The notes beneath the pieces are model-generated. The model ran no database searches, was not told where the DNA came from, and saw only the letters and a program-made list of their open reading frames with translations. 64,000 bases of DNA, taken from assembly GCA_965200315.1 (NCBI GenBank), contig OZ241362.1, positions 128,001 through 192,000 of the forward strand, given 5' to 3'. The translations under genes were made by a program, and so were the position numbers. The stretch comes from Candidatus Latescibacterota bacterium (GTDB lineage Bacteria; Latescibacterota; UBA2968; UBA8231). Positions 1 through 13,000 of the stretch are shown here, piece after piece (position 1 is the stretch's first letter; each line of letters starts with the position of its first letter).

Positions 1-546
1 CTGCGCGGCATAGAAGGGGCTGGGACGGCGGCGTATTTCAAGGCGCTGGGCACTTTTTTGCCGGCCGAGCTCCAATTCAAGGGGCGCAACCGACGCCCGC
101 CCAAAGATCCGGCCAATGCGCTGCTCAGCTTTGGCTACGCCTTGCTGGCCAACAGCGTAGAGGGCGCGATTTACTTGGTGGGGCTCGATCCGTACTTGGG
201 CTTTTTGCACGTGGTAGATTACGGCCGCCCTTCGCTGGCACTGGACTTGATGGAGGAATTTCGCCCGGTGTTGGTGGATGCGGTGGTCTTGGACTTGGCC
301 AATCACGGCCAGGTGCAGGGCGACGATTTTGAGCAGCGCGATGGGGGCGTGTTTCTGCGCGGCGATGGGCGCAAGCGGCTGATTGAGGCATACCAGCGGC
401 GTCTTGAAGATCGGGTTGCTTATCCGGTTGGAGCCGAGCGGGTGGAGCGTATTTCTTACCGGCGTTGCCTCGAATATCAAGTGCGCCGACTGGCTCGGGT
501 GATCTTGGGCGAGGCGGCTCACTACACAGCTTTTTTGGTGCGCTGA
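1..546 (+). CDS. cas1: CRISPR-associated endonuclease Cas1, 5'-truncated by the window edge
   Basis: Frame +1 is open from base 1 (LRGIEGAG..AYF). It contains the Cas1 motifs RNRRPPKDPANALLSFGY, GLDPYLGFLH and RPSLALDLMEEFRP, and lies directly upstream of cas2. Confidence 0.97.
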   Translation: MRGIEGAGTAAYFKALGTFLPAELQFKGRNRRPPKDPANALLSFGYALLANSVEGAIYLVGLDPYLGFLHVVDYGRPSLALDLMEEFRPVLVDAVVLDLANHGQVQGDDFEQRDGGVFLRGDGRKRLIEAYQRRLEDRVAYPVGAERVERISYRRCLEYQVRRLARVILGEAAHYTAFLVR

Positions 547-547
547 G

Positions 548-823
548 ATGTTTGTAGTCGTATGCTTTGACATCAGCTCGGATCGGACTCGTCGGCAGGC
601 GACTCGGGTGTTGGAAGACTACGGGACGCGGGTGCAGAAGAGCGTTTTCGAGTGTCGCATGGGTGAGCGGCAGTTCGTGGAGCTGCGGTACCGCATGAGT
701 CAGCTCGATTTGGCGGCAGGCGATCTAGTGCGCTATTATACGTTGTGTCGAGCGTGTCAAGCCAAAGTCGAATTTACCGGCGGTTTGCCTCCGCAGGAGG
801 AAAGAAGCCATATTATCGTCTGA
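548..823 (+). CDS. cas2: CRISPR-associated endoribonuclease Cas2
   Basis: 91 aa; N-terminal VVCFDIS and YGTRVQKSVFEC motifs; 1 bp after cas1. Confidence 0.97.
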   Translation: MFVVVCFDISSDRTRRQATRVLEDYGTRVQKSVFECRMGERQFVELRYRMSQLDLAAGDLVRYYTLCRACQAKVEFTGGLPPQEERSHIIV

Positions 824-1081
824 AAACAAAATTTGCGACCCTCGTAAAAAGATGTTCGCCAATATGACAAAATGGTCTTATACTCTTTTAGGCTACAACG
901 AATTAGGCATGTTACCTAGTCCAATCTTGGGTCGCAAATAGGTAACTACCTGTTCCGCAAGTGGTTAGATGAATACCCTTTCAGCAAGCGGCGCGTTTTT
1001 AGCGGGCAGATGCCTGTCAAAGTGGCGTGCGTCGCAAATGAGGGGCCAACTAAGTGTGGCTCAATAGATTAGAAAGGAGGA
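824..1081 (+). promoter_or_regulatory. CRISPR leader
   Basis: AT-richer non-coding gap between cas2 and the first repeat. It holds the inverted/direct motif ATTTGCGAC (831-839) / GTCGCAAAT (931-939, 1031-1039) and IHF-like CAAnnnnTTA sites (e.g. 1061-1071). Confidence 0.85.
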
Positions 1082-4000
1082 CACAGAATTTAGGACCCGA
1101 TTTGTAGGGGATTGAAACCCGATGCGGGCCTTTATAACCTCAGGCTTTGCACGCACAGAATTTAGGACCCGATTTGTAGGGGATTGAAACCCAGAACAGG
1201 GTGTCGTGCTTGCGGTTGAACTGTTTCACAGAATTTAGGACCCGATTTGTAGGGGATTGAAACCTCGTCCAGGGCTACCACCCCCTCTTGCTCTTCGTGG
1301 GGCACAGAATTTAGGACCCGATTTGTAGGGGATTGAAACTACGGGGTGCTGCGGAGGTGCTGCTGGAGGTGCTTTGCCACAGAATTTAGGACCCGATTTG
1401 TAGGGGATTGAAACTAAACGCGACGCGAAGGGGCCAACAGCGAGGAACGGCGGCACAGAATTTAGGACCCGATTTGTAGGGGATTGAAACGGCGGAGAAC
1501 GCTACAGCCATGGCGACGATCGCCATGGCACAGAATTTAGGACCCGATTTGTAGGGGATTGAAACTACTCCCTCCAAGAGGCGCTCAACGACCTCCAGCT
1601 CGCCTCACAGAATTTAGGACCCGATTTGTAGGGGATTGAAACCCCTGGCGGGCACCGGCTACGGCCAAGTCGCCGTCCACAGAATTTAGGACCCGATTTG
1701 TAGGGGATTGAAACCACCACCGAGATTAGGAGCTCTCGGACGCGGGTCATTCTGACACAGAATTTAGGACCCGATTTGTAGGGGATTGAAACCCGTAGCC
1801 TCCTTGAGCTCGGCCAAGAGCTTTGGGGATCACAGAATTTAGGACCCGATTTGTAGGGGATTGAAACGATCTGTACCCCCATTCTCTAGCGGGTCCTTCT
1901 AGAGATCCACAGAATTTAGGACCCGATTTGTAGGGGATTGAAACTACGGGTCCAGACCGAGCTTTCATCAACGACGACGCACCACAGAATTTAGGACCCG
2001 ATTTGTAGGGGATTGAAACGAGGGTCAGGTCGGCCAGGCGGGCGGCGGGGGGCAGCGTCACAGAATTTAGGACCCGATTTGTAGGGGATTGAAACCTTCG
2101 TGGTGCTTCGTGGGTGCGGGGATACTGAAAAGTTGCACAGAATTTAGGACCCGATTTGTAGGGGATTGAAACCTAATCGCGGGAGGCGGCCTCTTGGGCC
2201 TCCGGTGGAAACACAGAATTTAGGACCCGATTTGTAGGGGATTGAAACGCATACACAACGACCGCAGCCGCCTCGTCTTCGACCGCACAGAATTTAGGAC
2301 CCGATTTGTAGGGGATTGAAACCACCGCAGTCGGTCATCTGCTGGGCGCTCAGCTCCTGCACAGAATTTAGGACCCGATTTGTAGGGGATTGAAACTGAT
2401 AGGGAGGCCGCAATTGGCCTCTCGGAGGGGGACTCCCTGCAGCACAGAATTTAGGACCCGATTTGTAGGGGATTGAAACACGAAGAAGTTCGCCTGGACG
2501 ATCCCTAGGCGGGCGTCCAGCACAGAATTTAGGACCCGATTTGTAGGGGATTGAAACTACTACTACCGGCCGACCGTCGGCCAGTAGTACGCCGCCACAG
2601 AATTTAGGACCCGATTTGTAGGGGATTGAAACTCGGCCTTCGAGATGGGGATTGTCCAATAATAACACAGAATTTAGGACCCGATTTGTAGGGGATTGAA
2701 ACATGCCCTGCGCCTGGCCGTGCGCCCATACGCGGCCGCTGTGCGTCACAGAATTTAGGACCCGATTTGTAGGGGATTGAAACCTTTCTTTTAGTGTGCA
2801 TGCGCGGCATGCGTTTTCCCACACAGAATTTAGGACCCGATTTGTAGGGGATTGAAACACTTCGGGGAGGGAGGCTTTTTGCCACCCCTCCTCCGGTACA
2901 CAGAATTTAGGACCCGATTTGTAGGGGATTGAAACCCGTCACCAACGGCGGCGGTTACTACAGGTATTTCCGTCTCACAGAATTTAGGACCCGATTTGTA
3001 GGGGATTGAAACGATGAGAATGGCCCCGGCGACGGGGGCTGCCAGCGCACAGAATTTAGGACCCGATTTGTAGGGGATTGAAACGCGGCGGGGGTGGAGC
3101 TGGCCCTCGCGGGCCCACCGGCACAGAATTTAGGACCCGATTTGTAGGGGATTGAAACCTACTTTCTCCGGCAGACATACGAGTAGCGAAACTACACAGA
3201 ATTTAGGACCCGATTTGTAGGGGATTGAAACTCGTGGTAGGCATCGCCGGGCCCAGAATCCCGGCGCACCACAGAATTTAGGACCCGATTTGTAGGGGAT
3301 TGAAACTAGCAGGATGAGATAGTCGGAGTACGGCTGATCATATACCACAGAATTTAGGACCCGATTTGTAGGGGATTGAAACCACCATACTGGGCCGGGG
3401 ATGGCCCGCCCGTAGCCGGCGCACAGAATTTAGGACCCGATTTGTAGGGGATTGAAACGAACATACCAGGGCGACCAAGTGAATCGGCAGAGTGCCGACA
3501 CAGAATTTAGGACCCGATTTGTAGGGGATTGAAACTTCTCCAGGGCCGTGTCGAACGTCTTGGGCGTGCCGCAGTAGCACAGAATTTAGGACCCGATTTG
3601 TAGGGGATTGAAACGGGGGGATAACCATCTCGAGATGGAGGTAGCGCCCCCCCTGGGCGCATACCTCCACAGAATTTAGGACCCGATTTGTAGGGGATTG
3701 AAACTCGTAAGCGAGGAGACATTAAGTGGAGTTTTCACTCTCCACAGAATTTAGGACCCGATTTGTAGGGGATTGAAACGTCGAGGAACATCACACCACG
3801 CTCCCCCTTACCGGGGACACAGAATTTAGGACCCGATTTGTAGGGGATTGAAACCCCCTCCCCTTTACTTACTTCTCCTCGTCGGCAGCCGAAGCACAGA
3901 ATTTAGGACCCGATTTGTAGGGGATTGAAACGTGAAAAGCTTCGGCCATTCGGCCGACTGAAAATATAACACAGAATTTAGGACCCGATTTGTAGGGGAT

Positions 4001-7000
4001 TGAAACCGGCATACCCCTCTTAACGCAAGGAGAGACAACATGAGCATCACACAGAATTTAGGACCCGATTTGTAGGGGATTGAAACCGGCGGTCGCGCTC
4101 CGCCATCCGATTCATCTCCTCAGCCCAACACAGAATTTAGGACCCGATTTGTAGGGGATTGAAACGCTTTCTTTATCTCATCCTCTATAAAGCTGGCGGA
4201 CTTACGTCACAGAATTTAGGACCCGATTTGTAGGGGATTGAAACGTCTGCCATTCGCGCAAGAAGGCGGTTTTGAGCTCCCCACAGAATTTAGGACCCGA
4301 TTTGTAGGGGATTGAAACTAGCCGTTCTTGCTCCAATAGTAGGGCGGTATTATCGCGCACAGAATTTAGGACCCGATTTGTAGGGGATTGAAACCCCCGA
4401 TGAGGCCGCCAATGATTAGGGAAAGTACTGCTACACAGAATTTAGGACCCGATTTGTAGGGGATTGAAACATACAAAAATGTTCATCACTCATGCTCCTA
4501 TTAGGAGGGCACAGAATTTAGGACCCGATTTGTAGGGGATTGAAACGTTAGCTACGTCGATGGTCTCGTCGAGGGCTGCGTGGAGCACAGAATTTAGGAC
4601 CCGATTTGTAGGGGATTGAAACATAACATGCACTGGCCCATCAATGGGATTGATGCACCAGCACAGAATTTAGGACCCGATTTGTAGGGGATTGAAACGT
4701 ATCCCGTGCCGATGGCCCCGGGGAATATGGCCCAGCACAGAATTTAGGACCCGATTTGTAGGGGATTGAAACTCGGCTGCCGAGAAACGTTCCGTCCAGT
4801 CCTCAAAGGAACACAGAATTTAGGACCCGATTTGTAGGGGATTGAAACTAGGCGGAGCGGGGGTGGAGCTGGCCCTCGCGGGCCCACCACAGAATTTAGG
4901 ACCCGATTTGTAGGGGATTGAAACATGAAGCTGGCCCTCGCGGGCCCACTTCGTTCCCCAGCACAGAATTTAGGACCCGATTTGTAGGGGATTGAAACCA
5001 AAGGAATCGGCGGTTTCGGTAAAACGAGTTTTTTCGGCACAGAATTTAGGACCCGATTTGTAGGGGATTGAAACTTACTCCTCCTCCAGCGGATCGCCGT
5101 CCTTATCTGCGCACAGAATTTAGGACCCGATTTGTAGGGGATTGAAACTTCCGTCAGCGTTACTGTCAGCGTGTACAAAGCCGATGCCACAGAATTTAGG
5201 ACCCGATTTGTAGGGGATTGAAACCGGGAGCGCCGGCTCGAAGAGACGCTGGCTATCGCGGACACAGAATTTAGGACCCGATTTGTAGGGGATTGAAACG
5301 TGAGGAGGACCGCGCCCGACTCGTCGAAGCCGGAGGTCACAGAATTTAGGACCCGATTTGTAGGGGATTGAAACTCGAAGGCATCTACCGCGTCGACATG
5401 GTGGCGTCGGAGGGGCACAGAATTTAGGACCCGATTTGTAGGGGATTGAAACCTATGGGGTCCGTGTCCGGGACCTCGCCCGGGGTGAAGTGGCACAGAA
5501 TTTAGGACCCGATTTGTAGGGGATTGAAACCCCTTAATCCCCCAGCCACTACCCTAACGAAAGTATCCTCACAGAATTTAGGACCCGATTTGTAGGGGAT
5601 TGAAACTCTACGAGGGTGTCGATGGTTGCTTGTGGCACGTCCGCCACAGAATTTAGGACCCGATTTGTAGGGGATTGAAACTTTAAGTACTCGTCTTGCT
5701 CCGGAGTATCGGCCGCAAGGCACAGAATTTAGGACCCGATTTGTAGGGGATTGAAACAAGCAGGATTCGAGGCCGACGTCGCGGCCTCCCGGGGGTCACA
5801 GAATTTAGGACCCGATTTGTAGGGGATTGAAACTCGACTTCGCTTCTGTGTTCACGCCGCTGCCGGCGCACAGAATTTAGGACCCGATTTGTAGGGGATT
5901 GAAACGTTGCTCCAGGTGTTTAATCCGAAGATCGGTGCTCATTTCACAGAATTTAGGACCCGATTTGTAGGGGATTGAAACATGAATCCGATAGTTTCTG
6001 CTGAAGCCACTTACCGCTCCACAGAATTTAGGACCCGATTTGTAGGGGATTGAAACTCACATAGGAGCCTACTCATGACCACCGCCCTCACCGTACACAG
6101 AATTTAGGACCCGATTTGTAGGGGATTGAAACGTAGGTACGCCGCCACGCTGCGACGGCGTCCTTGTGCTGCACAGAATTTAGGACCCGATTTGTAGGGG
6201 ATTGAAACGTAGGTACGCCGCCACGCTGCGACGGCGTCCTTGTGCTGCACAGAATTTAGGACCCGATTTGTAGGGGATTGAAACGCTTTGGCGGCGGCCG
6301 CGTAGCGCCTCGCCGCCTCGCCCCACAGAATTTAGGACCCGATTTGTAGGGGATTGAAACTAACCACCTTGAGCACCTCCGTAAACGTCTCGGCGTCACA
6401 GAATTTAGGACCCGATTTGTAGGGGATTGAAACCTACCTGCACATCCTTCATCTTGCCAGGGTAAGAGGGTATATCACAGAATTTAGGACCCGATTTGTA
6501 GGGGATTGAAACTACTCGCTGGCGATCTGGCGCGCCGTCTTGGCCCATTCCGGCACAGAATTTAGGACCCGATTTGTAGGGGATTGAAACTCATGGTTCA
6601 ATCCTCTCGGTTGGGGGTGGGGCGGTTGCACAGAATTTAGGACCCGATTTGTAGGGGATTGAAACTTGGGTAGCGACCCACGCGACGTAGCACTCGCTCA
6701 GCACAGAATTTAGGACCCGATTTGTAGGGGATTGAAACCGCGGTCAAGCGCCGCTTCGGCTTTCGCTACCCTGCGACGCCACAGAATTTAGGACCCGATT
6801 TGTAGGGGATTGAAACCGAAATCCCCCACGCCGACCGTCGAACCGACGGCGGCTCACAGAATTTAGGACCCGATTTGTAGGGGATTGAAACATAGGCCAA
6901 GCCCCCACATTGGCCGCACTCCTGCATCACAGAATTTAGGACCCGATTTGTAGGGGATTGAAACAGGTGGTCGATCTGCAACTCTTGGAGTTGCTCTTTA

Positions 7001-10000
7001 GTCCACAGAATTTAGGACCCGATTTGTAGGGGATTGAAACTTAGGGCTAAAGTATTGTGCTGCAACGAGTTACGCGGGTCACAGAATTTAGGACCCGATT
7101 TGTAGGGGATTGAAACTGGCACGTTGCCCACGCTGGTGGCTCCTGTGCCGTCCACACAGAATTTAGGACCCGATTTGTAGGGGATTGAAACTTGCAGCAC
7201 AGACCCTTACAAGCCACAAAAAAAAGTTTCACAGAATTTAGGACCCGATTTGTAGGGGATTGAAACGTGAATGGTCTAGCCAGTCTGCAGATACTAGCCT
7301 GGACACAGAATTTAGGACCCGATTTGTAGGGGATTGAAACTTTTTTGGAGAAAAACCGTTTGCACATTATCGCGCGCCGCACAGAATTTAGGACCCGATT
7401 TGTAGGGGATTGAAACGATGCGTGCGTTAGCGGTTGCTGCAACCATTTACCGCTCACAGAATTTAGGACCCGATTTGTAGGGGATTGAAACGCGTGCGTA
7501 CGCGCGCGCGTTATGTACCTAGTACCTAGGCACAGAATTTAGGACCCGATTTGTAGGGGATTGAAACGATAGCCGGTAGCTCTTCGGACATCGCGCTTTC
7601 CTTCACAGAATTTAGGACCCGATTTGTAGGGGATTGAAACCCGTAGCGGGCTACCCCCTCTTCGTCGACTACGACATAGCACAGAATTTAGGACCCGATT
7701 TGTAGGGGATTGAAACATAGACGAACCCTTGTCTTTGTGCTCCTTGACCTTCTCCACAGAATTTAGGACCCGATTTGTAGGGGATTGAAACGAGGATGTT
7801 GTCCACCATCCCCGGAGTGGCGCCCTCCGGCACAGAATTTAGGACCCGATTTGTAGGGGATTGAAACGTGAAGATGAGCTAGTGCTTCGTCGTAAGGGTA
7901 TCTTCGCACAGAATTTAGGACCCGATTTGTAGGGGATTGAAACAACAAACCCTCAAGACGATTGCAGACTTTGTAATCCGACCACAGAATTTAGGACCCG
8001 ATTTGTAGGGGATTGAAACAACATGAACTACCCACTCGGCAAACCACGCTGCCTTCATCACAGAATTTAGGACCCGATTTGTAGGGGATTGAAACCCCGC
8101 AGGTGTACCATGACGCTGTCCAACGTCCTCGGGCACAGAATTTAGGACCCGATTTGTAGGGGATTGAAACCACATCCACCTGCACCGTAGGCGACGCTTT
8201 CGTCAGTTCCACAGAATTTAGGACCCGATTTGTAGGGGATTGAAACTCGTCGACCGTGATCGGACACCGAATGATGTAGTTAGCCTCACAGAATTTAGGA
8301 CCCGATTTGTAGGGGATTGAAACTGCAAAAGCACACGGCGATTGCTGGTACCGTGCGGTATACACAGAATTTAGGACCCGATTTGTAGGGGATTGAAACA
8401 TCGGACCCCGTCAACGAGACGAAGATACCCTTACGACACAGAATTTAGGACCCGATTTGTAGGGGATTGAAACCAGCACCTTCTGGCGGACGGCGCCCCA
8501 GGGGCGCGTCTTACCACAGAATTTAGGACCCGATTTGTAGGGGATTGAAACTAGTGCTTCTTGGGCCCGATTAATCGGGGTATTCTTGCGCACAGAATTT
8601 AGGACCCGATTTGTAGGGGATTGAAACCGTCGCTGGCCCCGCTCGTCGGCATCCCGACGACAGCACAGAATTTAGGACCCGATTTGTAGGGGATTGAAAC
8701 TGGCCTACGGGCCACGTTTGCGGCGATTGGTCCGCTCCTCACAGAATTTAGGACCCGATTTGTAGGGGATTGAAACCTAAGGTTGTGGTTGCGCTCGGGC
8801 TTCGGACCGAGCCACAGAATTTAGGACCCGATTTGTAGGGGATTGAAACTCCTCGGCGTCGGTGTAGGCCAAGACCGACCTCCACTGGCCACAGAATTTA
8901 GGACCCGATTTGTAGGGGATTGAAACTATGGGAGCGTCGGGTCAAACTCGTCAAGCTGCGACATGGCCACAGAATTTAGGACCCGATTTGTAGGGGATTG
9001 AAACATCTGTCGGTGGCAGCCGTATCAACCACGGACCACGCGCACAGAATTTAGGACCCGATTTGTAGGGGATTGAAACGACTTACGCGCCATACGGGCC
9101 GGGGAAATAGACCTAGGCACAGAATTTAGGACCCGATTTGTAGGGGATTGAAACCCATATAGTCCGGGGCGAGCGATGCGATCCTGAATGCTGCACAGAA
9201 TTTAGGACCCGATTTGTAGGGGATTGAAACAGTACGGCGACGTCTACAAGACCAGCATACCCCACGTGCCACAGAATTTAGGACCCGATTTGTAGGGGAT
9301 TGAAACTAGCGGCCGCGGCTGGCAGCCGCTTACGCGGTATTCGGCGCACAGAATTTAGGACCCGATTTGTAGGGGATTGAAACTCAAAGGCACTCCAAGC
9401 CAGCCACGCATACGGATCACTGCACAGAATTTAGGACCCGATTTGTAGGGGATTGAAACCTGATTGCTACGGTCCAAAGACGTTATCAGTTCATCCAGCG
9501 CACAGAATTTAGGACCCGATTTGTAGGGGATTGAAACCCAATTCTTCCTCCATTTTGGCGCGCCGGGTCTCGCCACACAGAATTTAGGACCCGATTTGTA
9601 GGGGATTGAAACTGCTGATGCGCCCCAAGAAAGGGGAGGAGGCGCCCACGCCCGGCACAGAATTTAGGACCCGATTTGTAGGGGATTGAAACTGGACGAC
9701 CTGACCCTCCTCGAGGGGGCGCTCGGTGCCGCCACAGAATTTAGGACCCGATTTGTAGGGGATTGAAACGCCGAACAGATCAATGAGATCGTCTTGCTTG
9801 GGGCTGGCACAGAATTTAGGACCCGATTTGTAGGGGATTGAAACTCTGTTCAGTTCTGCATTAGCCGCTTCCCACTCTTTGTCACAGAATTTAGGACCCG
9901 ATTTGTAGGGGATTGAAACCTACCAATTTACTCATTCTCCGAAAAAGCGCAATACTTTTTCACAGAATTTAGGACCCGATTTGTAGGGGATTGAAACGAG

Positions 10001-13000
10001 ATATGACGCTTGCGCTTGGCTTCGTCCTGGCACAGAATTTAGGACCCGATTTGTAGGGGATTGAAACTCTTGCGGATTGGCGCGGGCGTCAAGACGGGCG
10101 TCAAGACACAGAATTTAGGACCCGATTTGTAGGGGATTGAAACCGATTGCGAGATTACGGTATTCTTCGCAATCCGGAGTTCACAGAATTTAGGACCCGA
10201 TTTGTAGGGGATTGAAACGGAGAAGATCACGGCGCTGAGTTCATCTTGGTGGTAGTGTCACAGAATTTAGGACCCGATTTGTAGGGGATTGAAACTCACG
10301 CGCTTGCTGATGGAGCTTGTGGAGATGCTGCACTCACAGAATTTAGGACCCGATTTGTAGGGGATTGAAACGAATCTGGAGCTTGCGCTTGCGCGCCATC
10401 GGCTTGCGCCACAGAATTTAGGACCCGATTTGTAGGGGATTGAAACTGTGGTGAACTGCTTTTGAACTGCTGCGCTCCCTTGCGCCACAGAATTTAGGAC
10501 CCGATTTGTAGGGGATTGAAACCATATACGATATACGCGCGTATGTGCGTGTGCACGTGCGTCACAGAATTTAGGACCCGATTTGTAGGGGATTGAAACT
10601 GGAGGCCGGCGACCTGTTTGACGGCCATCACACCGGCGCACAGAATTTAGGACCCGATTTGTAGGGGATTGAAACTTCCTAGTAAGTTTGAGCCCGTCAA
10701 TCTCTACCTCGGACACAGAATTTAGGACCCGATTTGTAGGGGATTGAAACCTTACTGAGGTAGTTTCGGGCGACCTCGGCCAGCTTCCACAGAATTTAGG
10801 ACCCGATTTGTAGGGGATTGAAACGCACGATTCGCGTGCGCACGCGCGATATGTACCTAGGATCACAGAATTTAGGACCCGATTTGTAGGGGATTGAAAC
10901 ACCCGGTAGCTGCTCATAGTACCTCGTCCTTACCCTACACAGAATTTAGGACCCGATTTGTAGGGGATTGAAACTTGGCAGCGTGCCACTCGTCATTAGC
11001 CGCTACTACTGCACAGAATTTAGGACCCGATTTGTAGGGGATTGAAACTCAATGCAGATGGAGAGATGGCAGGTGGGGACACAGAATTTAGGACCCGATT
11101 TGTAGGGGATTGAAACGCTAGTTCTGCATGCAAGTTCAGTATCCGATTAGTCATTCACAGAATTTAGGACCCGATTTGTAGGGGATTGAAACGTCCTTCT
11201 CGTGGCGAGGTTGCACGGCCATCTCGAAGACACAGAATTTAGGACCCGATTTGTAGGGGATTGAAACGATCGCCCTTGTCGCCCTTGTCGCCCTTGGGTC
11301 CGCGTCACAGAATTTAGGACCCGATTTGTAGGGGATTGAAACCCTACTGCTGCCATAAGGATGATTTTGACTTCCCCGACACAGAATTTAGGACCCGATT
11401 TGTAGGGGATTGAAACTGATTGAGCTGCCGATTGGCAGCGTGCCACTCTTTGTCACAGAATTTAGGACCCGATTTGTAGGGGATTGAAACATCCAGGCGA
11501 GCTTGTTCTAGTTCTGCGAGCAACATCAGCACAGAATTTAGGACCCGATTTGTAGGGGATTGAAACCTGATGTAACCATCCCTCTTTATCCCGATAGCGC
11601 TGGGCACAGAATTTAGGACCCGATTTGTAGGGGATTGAAACTGCCCGCTCGCTGCCCGTCACGTTGTTCCTTCGGGCGGCACAGAATTTAGGACCCGATT
11701 TGTAGGGGATTGAAACCCAAGGAGATTGAGGATGGAGACCCATTTGCAGAAGATGCGCACAGAATTTAGGACCCGATTTGTAGGGGATTGAAACGCGCTT
11801 CGTACTGCTCTCTTCTCGTCACTTTCAATCTCCTCACAGAATTTAGGACCCGATTTGTAGGGGATTGAAACCACTCACGACGGGCGTCGGCAGCGGCTTC
11901 ACGCAGCCGCCACAGAATTTAGGACCCGATTTGTAGGGGATTGAAACTACTGACTTGCGAGCTGGCGGGCCGTCTTGGCCCATTCCCACAGAATTTAGGA
12001 CCCGATTTGTAGGGGATTGAAACATATTGTCGAAAGAGATCATTTTGGTTCCTCCTGCGCTCACAGAATTTAGGACCCGATTTGTAGGGGATTGAAACTG
12101 ATAATCCGATCATTGAGCTTTTTCAGGTTCTCTTGCACAGAATTTAGGACCCGATTTGTAGGGGATTGAAACCCATAGGTCTGTACGGTTCGCTCGATCA
12201 GTCTTTGATGCACAGAATTTAGGACCCGATTTGTAGGGGATTGAAACTCGCGTCATACTGTTCTTTCAACTTCGCTACCTGCGTCACAGAATTTAGGACC
12301 CGATTTGTAGGGGATTGAAACTCATAGCATTGAGCTTTTTCAGGTTCTCTTGTTGCCGGACACAGAATTTAGGACCCGATTTGTAGGGGATTGAAACCCT
12401 GCAACTTCGCGCTATTGCGTTCTCGCATTACGTTACACAGAATTTAGGACCCGATTTGTAGGGGATTGAAACTGATACGACGAGCCCGAGTTGTTCGCGC
12501 AGGAGTTTCACCTCACAGAATTTAGGACCCGATTTGTAGGGGATTGAAACCTTCGGGGTCCCGCCGGACCCCCAGCGAGATTTCCTTCGCACAGAATTTA
12601 GGACCCGATTTGTAGGGGATTGAAACGCGTCATAGGCCGCGTCAACGGCTTGTGCTGCGTCTCACAGAATTTAGGACCCGATTTGTAGGGGATTGAAACT
12701 TGAAAGTCATTTCCTCATCTCCTGATAGTGTGAACTGCCACAGAATTTAGGACCCGATTTGTAGGGGATTGAAACTACGTAAATTCAAACTCCTTCATTT
12801 GATCTCCTCAAGGGACACAGAATTTAGGACCCGATTTGTAGGGGATTGAAACTGAGCAGCGCCCGGCGCGCGCTTTCAAGCTGGCACGCTTCACAGAATT
12901 TAGGACCCGATTTGTAGGGGATTGAAACTTCTGCGTAGCTTACCGATAGCTTTTGATTCAGCCATCACAGAATTTAGGACCCGATTTGTAGGGGATTGAA

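Noticed and set aside
1-546. Definite CRISPR subtype or RT-Cas1 assignment
   Set aside because: Effector genes and the Cas1 N-terminus lie outside the window; type III is only inferred from spacer strand bias and variable spacer length.
1072-1081. Perfect SD-like AAAGGAGG right before the first repeat
   Set aside because: No start codon or ORF follows at a suitable distance.
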